From positions 1-15,931 of the forward strand of contig JANOWZ010000417.1 of NCBI GenBank assembly GCA_031418155.1: DNA of 15,931 nucleotides, read 5' to 3'. Under the pieces are notes generated by a model, which saw only the letters and a program-made list of their open reading frames with translations, did no database searches and was not told the origin of the DNA. The position numbers and the translations under genes were made by a program. Positions 1-7,240 of this stretch are shown here, piece after piece. Position 1 is the stretch's first letter. Each line of letters begins with the position of its first letter. Source of the stretch: Deinococcales bacterium (lineage in GTDB: Bacteria > Deinococcota > Deinococci > Deinococcales > JAAFIG01).

Positions 1-86
1 AAACTCAAACGCTCCTCGGCGGCCAAATTGTCAATCGCTTCAAGGCTCGAGGCTGCGAGCGGTGGCATTGGCTTGGCGACGGTCAT
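1..86 (-). CDS. Partial CDS (N-terminus only; continues beyond window start). Hypothetical protein, probably the next gene of the gvp operon. Translation begins MTVAKPMPPLAASSLEAIDNLAAEERLS
   Basis: The minus-strand frame is open from an ATG at 86..84 to position 1. That ATG overlaps the TGA stop of the upstream GvpL/F gene (ATGA at 83..86). The same coupling pattern recurs at four other junctions in the window. Only 28 residues are visible, which is too little to assign a family. Confidence 0.35.
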   Translation of the reverse strand, partial: MTVAKPMPPLAASSLEAIDNLAAEERLS

Positions 87-868
87 ACGATCGCCTCGAG
101 TTTCGGTTCTGCATTGGCAAACGAATACGGCGCGAACGGACCAGACAATTCTGCACGCATCGCCAAACGATCCGGCCAACCGGCAAGCTCACCCAGCAAA
201 AGCGATTCAGAAATCGAATCCAACAACACCGCACACTCGAGCAAACCCGGATTCGCAGCCTGAGACGCAGGAATTCGCTCAAGCACTTTGATTTCCGTGA
301 CCGCATCCTCGAGCCTCGAGAACGCCTCGCGGCGCAAATCGGGAAGAACTTTTTTAACCTCAACCTCGAGCGCATCTTTCAATTTGCGTTTGAACAAATA
401 CTGACGGCCCGGCGTCGAACCGTTCAACTCGGCCTGCAAATCATCCAACTCAGGATTCGCCTCGATCAAACGTGGCTCGAGTTCGTCACGGTCCACCCAA
501 ACCCGCACCGTGAATTCACGCTGACCGTGCAAGGATTTCAAACGATCAATCATGATTTGCGATTCACGCTCGAGCAAAATGTTCAAGCTTTCTAAATCCG
601 GCACGACCGAACCGAAACGCAACGGAATCACACCAGCATCAATAAAACTCGAGATCGTGCGGTCATGCAAAATCGCTTTACCAGCCACCCAATTTGGATC
701 TTCAACATTCTCGGTCAAGAGTTTTGAGAAATCATCGGCGTTCACAGCCTCACAAATTGCGCCAAGTTTCGCGTAAGAATGAACCTCGATTTTTCCACCA
801 CAAACGCCCTCAAGATTTTCTTCTCGAGCATCGGGAACGGTGAACCCATAGACGTAAAAACCCGTCAT
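83..868 (-). CDS. gvpL: Gas vesicle protein, GvpL/GvpF family
   Basis: The translation (MTGFYVYGFTVPDAREENLEGV ... VHSYAKLGAICEAV ... VIPLRFGSVV) has the conserved N-terminal YVYG and downstream RFG pattern of GvpF/L proteins. The ORF track starts it at 886 (MGGGAIMTGFYVYG). The ATG at 868..866 overlaps the gvpG TGA stop (ATGA), so it is the more likely start. Confidence 0.8.
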   Translation of the reverse strand: MTGFYVYGFTVPDAREENLEGVCGGKIEVHSYAKLGAICEAVNADDFSKLLTENVEDPNWVAGKAILHDRTISSFIDAGVIPLRFGSVVPDLESLNILLERESQIMIDRLKSLHGQREFTVRVWVDRDELEPRLIEANPELDDLQAELNGSTPGRQYLFKRKLKDALEVEVKKVLPDLRREAFSRLEDAVTEIKVLERIPASQAANPGLLECAVLLDSISESLLLGELAGWPDRLAMRAELSGPFAPYSFANAEPKLEAIV

Positions 869-1182
869 GATCGCGCCGCCGCCCATTCCGCCTTACGCGC
901 CTCAATCACTTCAATCTGCTCGAGCAACTCCGCCTCGAGGTCCATGAATTCATCCTCGGTGATGCGCCCCGCATCCAAATCCGCACCGAGCGAGGTGAGT
1001 TTGTGGATCAACGGTTTTTCATCCAGCAAGGTTTCTTCGGCCTGATCCGCGATTTGTTCCGCCACCCACAAGATCGGCCCCAGAATCAAATTCAACGGGC
1101 CGAGCAATTCCATGCCCTCGGTGCCAGCGCGAGCCATCAGCGTGAACCTCTGGAAAATGACTGTCTGGCGAGGGCTTGCCAT
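865..1182 (-). CDS. gvpG: Gas vesicle protein G (GvpG)
   Basis: A roughly 100 aa protein with the GvpG-like pattern ELLGPLNLILGPILWVAEQIADQAEETLLDEKPLIHKLTSLGADLDAGRITEDEFMDLEAELLEQI. The ATG at 1182 sits at the centre of a perfect 20 bp palindrome. An alternative internal start (MELLGPL, about 1113) is possible. Confidence 0.65.
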   Translation of the reverse strand: MASPRQTVIFQRFTLMARAGTEGMELLGPLNLILGPILWVAEQIADQAEETLLDEKPLIHKLTSLGADLDAGRITEDEFMDLEAELLEQIEVIEARKAEWAAARS

Positions 1183-1216
1183 GGCAAGCCCCTACGTACA
1201 GGGCGCTCAAGAACCA

Positions 1217-2011
1217 TCATTCCTCGTCATCCTCCCAACGCACGGTCATTTCGGAAAACGTGAATGGGGGCAATGGGCCGGTCAAACGAATCGTTAACAG
1301 GTCGTGTTGGTCGTCGAATTCGTGCAGTGCGTTTTCGACTTTCTCGAGTTCTGCTTGCGGCATCAGCACGGACAGGTTGGCGACGACCCCTTCGGGCAGC
1401 GTTCCGTTGGAGATGCCTTCGACGAGTCCGTTCAGTCGTTTCTCGAGCGCGGCTCCGACGTAATCGCGGCGTTTGAGAATCGCGTTTTCCATCATTTGTC
1501 CGAGTCGAATTCTGGCGTGATGGTCGGCGCTGGTGGCGATCTTGTCGCGCAGACTCGAGATTTCTGGGTGCTCACTTAAAACACGTTCGATGACTTCGGC
1601 CGGGTCGGTCCAGGTGGCACGAACGCTGAGTTCGACACGACCATCGACGGCATCGAGTTTGGCTTTCAACTCGTCGGCTTTTTGCGTCAAGAGTTTGCGT
1701 TCGATCACCTCTAAACTCGGACCGATGGTGTTGAAGCGCACCGGCAGAACGGGCGTGATCGCCATGATGGTTTCGACAATCGTTTTGTGGGCCAGTAAAT
1801 TCTTGCGGGCGATGCTGTAACGGTCACTCGAGTTCGCACTGAGGACCACGATCAAATCGCCGACGCGCAAGAGGAATGGTTGACCGGAATTCTCAATCGG
1901 TTTTTGCTCGAGCACGTCCGGTAAATCTGGGTGATTGCGGGCGACGGCGTAGAGATAAAACGGTCCTTCAACGGTTGCCAAATCCGGTTTTACGAGCGTC
2001 GCTTGCGTCAT
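1217..2011 (-). CDS. gvpF: Gas vesicle protein, GvpF/GvpL family
   Basis: The translation (GPFYLYAVARNHPDL ... VLPVRFNTIGPS ...) has the GvpF/L hallmarks. The ATG at 2011 overlaps the stop of the upstream gene (ATGA at 2008..2011). Confidence 0.8.
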   Translation of the reverse strand: MTQATLVKPDLATVEGPFYLYAVARNHPDLPDVLEQKPIENSGQPFLLRVGDLIVVLSANSSDRYSIARKNLLAHKTIVETIMAITPVLPVRFNTIGPSLEVIERKLLTQKADELKAKLDAVDGRVELSVRATWTDPAEVIERVLSEHPEISSLRDKIATSADHHARIRLGQMMENAILKRRDYVGAALEKRLNGLVEGISNGTLPEGVVANLSVLMPQAELEKVENALHEFDDQHDLLTIRLTGPLPPFTFSEMTVRWEDDEE

Positions 2012-2952
2012 GCGTTCACCGCTTTCGTGACGCGCACTCCGAGGCCATGCGTGCTTGCGGCCAGCAAATCTCGGGCCCAGGCGAGGTCGCGCATTTCGTC
2101 CGCCGCATTCGGGTTGTTCGGGTTGCGGTCCGGGTGACGTTCGAGCGCCAGTTTCTTGAAGGTTCGTGCGAGCGTATCGCCATCCACATCGTTATCGAGT
2201 CCGAGCGTTTTGCGGGCGCGATCCAAATCCAACGTGTTCGGCGTGATGATCTCGAGGCTGGCGAAGGCGAAGGCGGGTCCGGGGGCACCGATGCGCCAAG
2301 TGATCCGATCCTCGAGTTTCGCATCCAATTCCGTGATCGCATTTTCCATCGCTTCGAGTTGATCGCGTTTGACAAGGAGCGCCAGGTTGAAGGCGCTGTC
2401 TTCGCCGTTGCGTCCAACATTACCAACCTCGAGCACGCTGTCTTTCAGGCATTGGATTGCGAGGTTCAGCAGCGTTTCGCGTTCGCGTTCAAGTTGAGTC
2501 CCGATCATCATTCCGATTCGCGCCTGATCCTCGGTCGTGACCGTGCCACGCTCGAGCAATTCTTGACGGAACGCGCCGACATCTTCTTGAATAGCGGCGC
2601 GTGCAATCTCATCCTGAACATTCCAACGGGCCGCCAGATTGATTTGCGCCGTGTCCTGGAGCCGAGCGAGTTCGGACAAGAGCGTGTCCTCGTGCAATTC
2701 GAGTAGTTCGATCACCCGCTCACGGTTGGGCAGGTTCGCACCGAGTTTGCAGGGCAAGATGCTCGAGGCATTGACGCTGTGAATCGCGGTTTGATGCTCG
2801 AGCAGAATTTGTGTGAGTTGTGCAGGATCGGATGGCAGATTGATGCGTCCCTCACCGATCAACGCGGCGAGCGGTCCAACCCGCACGACCTCGAGCCCTG
2901 GAGACTGAATTTCTGTGGCATCGGCGCTGTAAATTCCGTAAATCGTGGTCAT
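2008..2952 (-). CDS. GvpF/L-family gas vesicle protein fused to a C-terminal DnaJ J-domain
   Basis: The N-terminal roughly 240 aa are GvpF/L-like (MTTIYGIYSADATE ... HSVNASSILPCKLG). The C-terminal roughly 70 aa (TLGLDNDVDGDTLARTFKKLALERHPDRNPNNPNAADEMRDLAWARDLL) form a canonical J-domain with the HPD tripeptide. Confidence 0.75.
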   Translation of the reverse strand: MTTIYGIYSADATEIQSPGLEVVRVGPLAALIGEGRINLPSDPAQLTQILLEHQTAIHSVNASSILPCKLGANLPNRERVIELLELHEDTLLSELARLQDTAQINLAARWNVQDEIARAAIQEDVGAFRQELLERGTVTTEDQARIGMMIGTQLERERETLLNLAIQCLKDSVLEVGNVGRNGEDSAFNLALLVKRDQLEAMENAITELDAKLEDRITWRIGAPGPAFAFASLEIITPNTLDLDRARKTLGLDNDVDGDTLARTFKKLALERHPDRNPNNPNAADEMRDLAWARDLLAASTHGLGVRVTKAVNA

Positions 2953-2968
2953 TTTGGGTTCCTCCCCA

Positions 2969-5119
2969 TCATCGCTTGCTGGCTTTAACCTCCCCGAGTG
3001 CGTTCTCGAGGTCGGATTGTGTTATCTCGAGGCTAATGCTTTCGTTGTCACCAGTTTCTTTCGTTGAATTAGGTATCGAGGCCACAATTGCGTTCTTGGC
3101 GAGGTGAGCTTGCAAGACCAGCATTGCCGCGCGTCGCACCAACCATTCGAGGTCGGCACCGCTCCAACCCTCTGTCTTTGCGGCCAGGGCATCCAGATTA
3201 AGCTCGCCAGCCGTCGCACGACCCCTCAAATGCACACCGAGGATTTCTGCCCGGTCCGATTCACTTGGCAATTTGAACTCGAGCACCTGTTCAAAGCGCC
3301 CAGGACGCAGTAAAGCCGGATCGAGCGATTCGGGCCGATTCGTTGCGCCCAAAATGATCACGTTCCCAAGACTCGAGATGCCATCCATTTCGGCCAGGAA
3401 TTGACCAATCACCCGGCTCGAGACGGCATCCGCATCGGCACGGTTCGCCAACAATGCGTCGATCTCGTCGAAGAAGACCACGCACGGGGCGCTGGCTCGG
3501 GCCTTGCGGAAGAGTTCGCGCACGGCCTTCTCGGACTCGCCGTAGTACCTCGAGAGAAATTGAGCACCACGCACGGCGATGAAATTCGCCTCGGATTCTT
3601 TGGCGACAGCCCGTGCCGTCAACGTCTTGCCGGTTCCGGGAGGACCCGCCAGCAAGATTCCACGCGGAGGCTCGAGCCGGAGTTGCGCGAACAATTCAGG
3701 GTGCTTGAGGGGAGCCTCGACCGCCTCGATCAATGCGGCTTTGACCTCAGACAAACCACCGATCTCCGTCCAACTCGCACCGGCAATATCGGATTCGGTC
3801 TCGCGGATCAAACTCGGTGAAACCTCACGCAGGGCTGCACGGAAATCCTCCACGCCAACCTCGAGTTGCAACATTTCCTGCGCACTCGGACCTCGACCTG
3901 AGGCCGTCCACGTTGGCAACTGTGAACGGACGCGGTGCATTCCAGCCTCTCGAGCCAAGGCCGCCAAATCCGCACCGACAAAGCCGTGTGTGATTCGCGC
4001 CAAGTCATCCAAATTCACGTCCGGCATCAATGGCATCGCCCGCGTGTGAACCTCAAGGATTTCGCGCCTGCCTTTTGCATCCGGCGGATTGATGACCACT
4101 TCGCGGTCAAACCGTCCGGGCCGACGCAAGGCCGGATCGAGGTTGTCCGGCAGGTTGGTCGCACCGATCACCACGACCTGACCGCGCCCGCCGAGGCCAT
4201 CCATCAACGAGAGGAGTTGCGCAACGACACGCTTCTCGACCTCGCCCTGAACCTCAGAACGCTTCGGACCAATCGCGTCGATCTCGTCCAAGAAAATAAT
4301 GCTCGGGGCTTTCGCTCGAGCCTCCTGAAAAATTTCGCGCAAACGCTTTTCCGAATCCCCATAAAACTTGCCAATGATTTCCGGGCCAGCCACCGAAATG
4401 AAATGCGCCCGTGTCTCACGCGCCACGGCTCGAGCAATCGTGGTCTTGCCGGTTCCGGGCGGGCCGTACAACAACACCCCTTTCGGAGGATCGATTCCCA
4501 ACTGCTCGAACACCTGCGGATAACGCAATGGCAACTCGACCAACTCGCGGACTCGAGCAACCTCACGCGATAAACCGCCGATGTCCTCGTAGCTTGCGCT
4601 CGAAGAAGATTGGGCTGGAGCTTGCGCCTCGCCGGAATTCTCGAGCGCCAAACGCGACTCGCCTCCGACCAACGCATGCGATCCAGGCTCGATGGATTTC
4701 ACCCGCAACTCCAATACCTTCGAGCCGAACAACTCCACGCGAACCCGATCACCCGCCGTCAACGCACGGTCCTGCAACAACGTCTTCAAATCCGAGATTG
4801 CCACGCCCGCACCAGAAATCACCTCGAGCACCACGCTCCGTGCCAAGACCGGCTCGAGTCTTGCAACACGCACTTTCGCACCGATGCTCGAACCCGCATT
4901 TTCTCGGGCCAAACCATCCAGCAACACGCCACGATCACGGTCCTCGGGTCTGGACGGCAACGCACGAACCGCCGTGCTGCGCTCACCCGTGACGACAATC
5001 ACACCACCGGCACGCACGCCCAAACGCTCGAGGTCGGCAGGGGACAGGCGGGCGAGGCCACGGCCCGCATCACGCGGCGCGGCCTCGGCGACGACGATCT
5101 CGAGGGCATCGATTACCAT
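2969..5119 (-). CDS. CDC48/VAT/p97-like AAA+ ATPase (N-domain plus two AAA modules)
   Basis: A CDC48-type N-domain ([21 protein letters not shown]) is followed by two complete AAA cassettes. D1 has [16 protein letters not shown] and [23 protein letters not shown]2 has [18 protein letters not shown] and [21 protein letters not shown]. The ORF track begins at a TTG (5131). The first ATG is at 5119. Confidence 0.85.
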   Translation of the reverse strand: MVIDALEIVVAEAAPRDAGRGLARLSPADLERLGVRAGGVIVVTGERSTAVRALPSRPEDRDRGVLLDGLARENAGSSIGAKVRVARLEPVLARSVVLEVISGAGVAISDLKTLLQDRALTAGDRVRVELFGSKVLELRVKSIEPGSHALVGGESRLALENSGEAQAPAQSSSSASYEDIGGLSREVARVRELVELPLRYPQVFEQLGIDPPKGVLLYGPPGTGKTTIARAVARETRAHFISVAGPEIIGKFYGDSEKRLREIFQEARAKAPSIIFLDEIDAIGPKRSEVQGEVEKRVVAQLLSLMDGLGGRGQVVVIGATNLPDNLDPALRRPGRFDREVVINPPDAKGRREILEVHTRAMPLMPDVNLDDLARITHGFVGADLAALAREAGMHRVRSQLPTWTASGRGPSAQEMLQLEVGVEDFRAALREVSPSLIRETESDIAGASWTEIGGLSEVKAALIEAVEAPLKHPELFAQLRLEPPRGILLAGPPGTGKTLTARAVAKESEANFIAVRGAQFLSRYYGESEKAVRELFRKARASAPCVVFFDEIDALLANRADADAVSSRVIGQFLAEMDGISSLGNVIILGATNRPESLDPALLRPGRFEQVLEFKLPSESDRAEILGVHLRGRATAGELNLDALAAKTEGWSGADLEWLVRRAAMLVLQAHLAKNAIVASIPNSTKETGDNESISLEITQSDLENALGEVKASKR

Positions 5120-5233
5120 GTTGGGTTCCAATTGCGGTTCTGTCGTAGGGGCATCGTGTAATGCACGCTGTTGCGTGACGCATGCCTCGCCCCTACATTC
5201 GCGTTCGCCGAATCAACAACTTGCATCAAACCC

Positions 5234-5725
5234 TCAACCCGCGAACGGAACCATCAACTCGAGGATTCCGTTCTGATAAGACTTCGTGAATTCACCTTTG
5301 ACGGCTTTGGAAAGCTCGAGCGTCTTCGCGTACTTGCGTGCCGCTGCACCGTTCGCTTCAAGCTTCAAGGTTTGTCCCTCGAGCGTGACTTGAATGCTGC
5401 TTTCAACCGCGCCTGGAAGTTCGGCAATCACGCTGTAATGTCCGGTTTCCTCTAGCACGTCAACCATCGGTTCGCGCACGGGTTCGACGCTGGGGTTGCC
5501 ACCGTTGTTCGCCATGTTGCCGAATGTGGAGACGGTCGGTTCACCATTTAAGTTCGTGCGAATGTTGACCCCGATCACACCCTCGAGTCCAGATTTTGTC
5601 GTGAAATTCTGCGTGCCGCCTTCAGCGTTTCCCGCCTGTTTTTGCAATTCTTGAACGACCTCGAGAAGATTGTTGATACCGGAAAAAATTCCGCCAAGTC
5701 CGCTGTTGTCGTTGGTTTTCGCCAT
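5234..5725 (-). CDS. Hsp20/alpha-crystallin family small heat-shock protein (GvpH-like)
   Basis: The alpha-crystallin domain is recognisable: VDVLEETGHYSVIAELPGAVESSIQVTLEGQTLKLEA ... KSYQNGILELMVP. An AGGAGA ribosome-binding site lies about 9 nt upstream of the ATG. The N-terminal region is Gly/Asn-rich. Confidence 0.75.
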   Translation of the reverse strand: MAKTNDNSGLGGIFSGINNLLEVVQELQKQAGNAEGGTQNFTTKSGLEGVIGVNIRTNLNGEPTVSTFGNMANNGGNPSVEPVREPMVDVLEETGHYSVIAELPGAVESSIQVTLEGQTLKLEANGAAARKYAKTLELSKAVKGEFTKSYQNGILELMVPFAG

Positions 5726-5756
5726 TGTGTTGTCTCCTGTTTTGTTGGGGATGTTG

Positions 5757-5812
5757 TGCGAAAAGGGCGAACGTCATGTGATACATGCTGAGCATGCTGA
5801 GTTCGCCCCTAC
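5757..5812 (-). terminator. Terminator-like or attenuator hairpin between the small ORF and the hsp20-like gene
   Basis: On the minus-strand transcript an 8 bp GC-rich stem GGGCGAAC...GTTCGCCC encloses a loop containing the palindrome AGCATGCT and the tandem CATGCTGAG x2. It is followed directly by TTTTCGC. Confidence 0.35.
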
Positions 5813-5830
5813 GGATTCAAAATTCTGGGT

Positions 5831-6121
5831 TCAGTACTCGAGCACCATTGATCCGCCTGATCCCATCGACCCCCGCTTTGGTGCGACCCGAGGGGAAATC
5901 ACTTCGGTTTCGTTTTGCAATTCAATGATTCGCGCTTCAAGTTTCGCCAGCGTTTTTTCACCGTCACTCACGCGCTGCCGCCAGTCGGCCAATCCTCGCT
6001 CGAGGCGCTTGCGTTCGGCGGTGAGTTGGTAGATTTGCAGGTACGTGCGGCTTTCAGATTTGGGCAAGGCCGAACGTCGCAAGCTCGAGGGTGCCAAAGC
6101 AGTTTTGCGTGGGGTGGTCAT
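5831..6121 (-). CDS. Hypothetical small protein (96 aa, basic N-terminus, predicted coiled-coil), gvp-operon member of unknown family
   Basis: A strong AAGGAG ribosome-binding site sits 7 nt upstream of the ATG. Its position between gvpN and hsp20 is consistent with operon membership. No family is recognisable by eye. Confidence 0.55.
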   Translation of the reverse strand: MTTPRKTALAPSSLRRSALPKSESRTYLQIYQLTAERKRLERGLADWRQRVSDGEKTLAKLEARIIELQNETEVISPRVAPKRGSMGSGGSMVLEY

Positions 6122-6137
6122 TGGGGCTCCTTCGGAG

Positions 6138-6229
6138 AGAGGAAAGTAAAAGCAGAGAAAAGAGGAAAGTAAGTTCAGATCAAGGTTTTAGGCTGTTACT
6201 TTCCTCTTTTCTCTTTAATCTTTCCTCTT
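6138..6229 (-). terminator. Long hairpin (perfect 19 bp stem AGAGAAAAGAGGAAAGTAA / TTACTTTCCTCTTTTCTCT, about 23 nt loop) immediately downstream of gvpN; possible intrinsic terminator or attenuator
   Basis: The perfect inverted repeat lies at 6154..6172 and 6196..6214. The outer flanks extend it to about 35 bp imperfect. On the minus-strand transcript it is followed by GCUUUUACUUUCC. Confidence 0.45.
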
Positions 6230-6235
6230 GTTTTT

Positions 6236-7240
6236 TTACAACGTCATGGCGCGTGATGGTTTGCGTTCACCACCGGCAAGCACGGGCTCGCGGATCTCGA
6301 GGATTTCCGTGCGTTCTGCTGTACGCTCGAGTGGTTTGATGGTGCGGGCTTTCGGCAAGAGGTGCAGCATTTTGGCAACCGCTTGGCTCGAGACGGTATG
6401 GCGTTCGTGTTCGTCGCTGATGCTGCCGGTCAGGACATCCAAAACCACGCGCTCGAACTCAAGGTTTCCGGCGCTGACTTCAAGGTTGCGGACGCTGGCT
6501 ACTCGAGCGATTTGCAGTGCGGCGCGAACGCTGTGTTTGATTTTCAGTTTGCTTTCGCCACGCACGCTGGCGACCAGTTCGGTGATGGCGAGCGCATCTT
6601 CGAGTTGCAATCCTGATCGGGCGGCAACAATTCCGCCTTGCGTCTCGAGGTCGAATCCCTCTAAACGCATGGTCACTAGGCGATCACGCAAGGCTTCTTG
6701 CGCGAGGTGCACTCCGGCGTAATCTTCCGGGTTGCTGGTGAAAATCGCTCGGAAGTCCGGGTGAACTTTCATGTACCCGCCCTTGCCCGCCGCGCTCGGG
6801 TAGATCAAAATACCTTCCTCGAGCACCGGCAACAGGACGTTGTTCGCTTCGGCTTTGGAGCGTGTGAACTCGTCATAAACGAGCGTGTAACCGTTCTTGC
6901 AGGCAATCGTCAGTCGTTCATCGACCCAGGAATTGCTGGAATCTTCGTCCACTTTCAAAACGCTGTGGATGTAGTTGTCCACGACTTTGCGGCGGCGAAA
7001 TCCGTTGTTCGCGCCCAGCAAATTGCTGGAACCAAACTCGTTGTCACCGGCGATCAGCACCATCGGGCGGCCCAGTTTCGTGGCGACATGCAACGCGAGT
7101 GTGGTTTTTCCGGTGCCGCTCGCGCCTTCAAAGTTCACGCCGAGGCCAGCCTCGAGATATCCCAAAGCGCGTTTGGTCAGGTCTTTGACCTGCGCGGTTT
7201 CAACGAAATCTTCGCGCTGTTTGGTGCTGATTTGACTCAT
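6236..7240 (-). CDS. gvpN: Gas vesicle protein GvpN (MoxR-like AAA+ ATPase)
   Basis: FVETAQVKDLTKRALGYLEAGLGVNFEGASGTGKTTLALHVATKLGRPMVLIAGDNEF matches the conserved GvpN N-terminus and Walker A closely. Walker B VYDEFTRS is present. The ATG overlaps the upstream stop (ATGA at 7237..7240). Confidence 0.9.
   Translation of the reverse strand: MSQISTKQREDFVETAQVKDLTKRALGYLEAGLGVNFEGASGTGKTTLALHVATKLGRPMVLIAGDNEFGSSNLLGANNGFRRRKVVDNYIHSVLKVDEDSSNSWVDERLTIACKNGYTLVYDEFTRSKAEANNVLLPVLEEGILIYPSAAGKGGYMKVHPDFRAIFTSNPEDYAGVHLAQEALRDRLVTMRLEGFDLETQGGIVAARSGLQLEDALAITELVASVRGESKLKIKHSVRAALQIARVASVRNLEVSAGNLEFERVVLDVLTGSISDEHERHTVSSQAVAKMLHLLPKARTIKPLERTAERTEILEIREPVLAGGERKPSRAMTL

Noticed and set aside
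28-595. ORF-track entries 28..291 (+), 62..595 (+) and 40..375 (-), which overlap gvpL
   Set aside because: They are antisense or out-of-frame to a well-supported GvpL/F gene. Their translations are Arg/Ser/Leu-rich with low complexity, as is typical of spurious frames in high-GC, CTCGAG-rich DNA. No ribosome-binding sites support them.
1876-2706. 276 aa plus-strand ORF, and 2016..2426 (-), overlapping the GvpF/L-J-domain gene
   Set aside because: Antisense or alternative frame of a gene with clear GvpF/L and J-domain signatures. The translation has no recognisable motifs.
3401-5276. Series of plus-strand ORFs (3401..3820, 3579..4049, 3935..4573, 4411..4992, 4610..5161, 4692..5276) and 4204..4677 (-) inside the AAA+ gene
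   Set aside because: All overlap the CDC48-like gene, whose two AAA cassettes are unambiguous. Their translations are Arg/Pro/Ser-rich with no motifs.
6138-6229. Considered whether the repeated GAGGAAAG-containing element could be a CRISPR array
   Set aside because: There are only three copies. One is inverted rather than direct, the spacing is irregular (a roughly 24 nt gap and then a roughly 1.9 kb gap), and there are no uniform spacers. It behaves as an intergenic inverted-repeat element instead.
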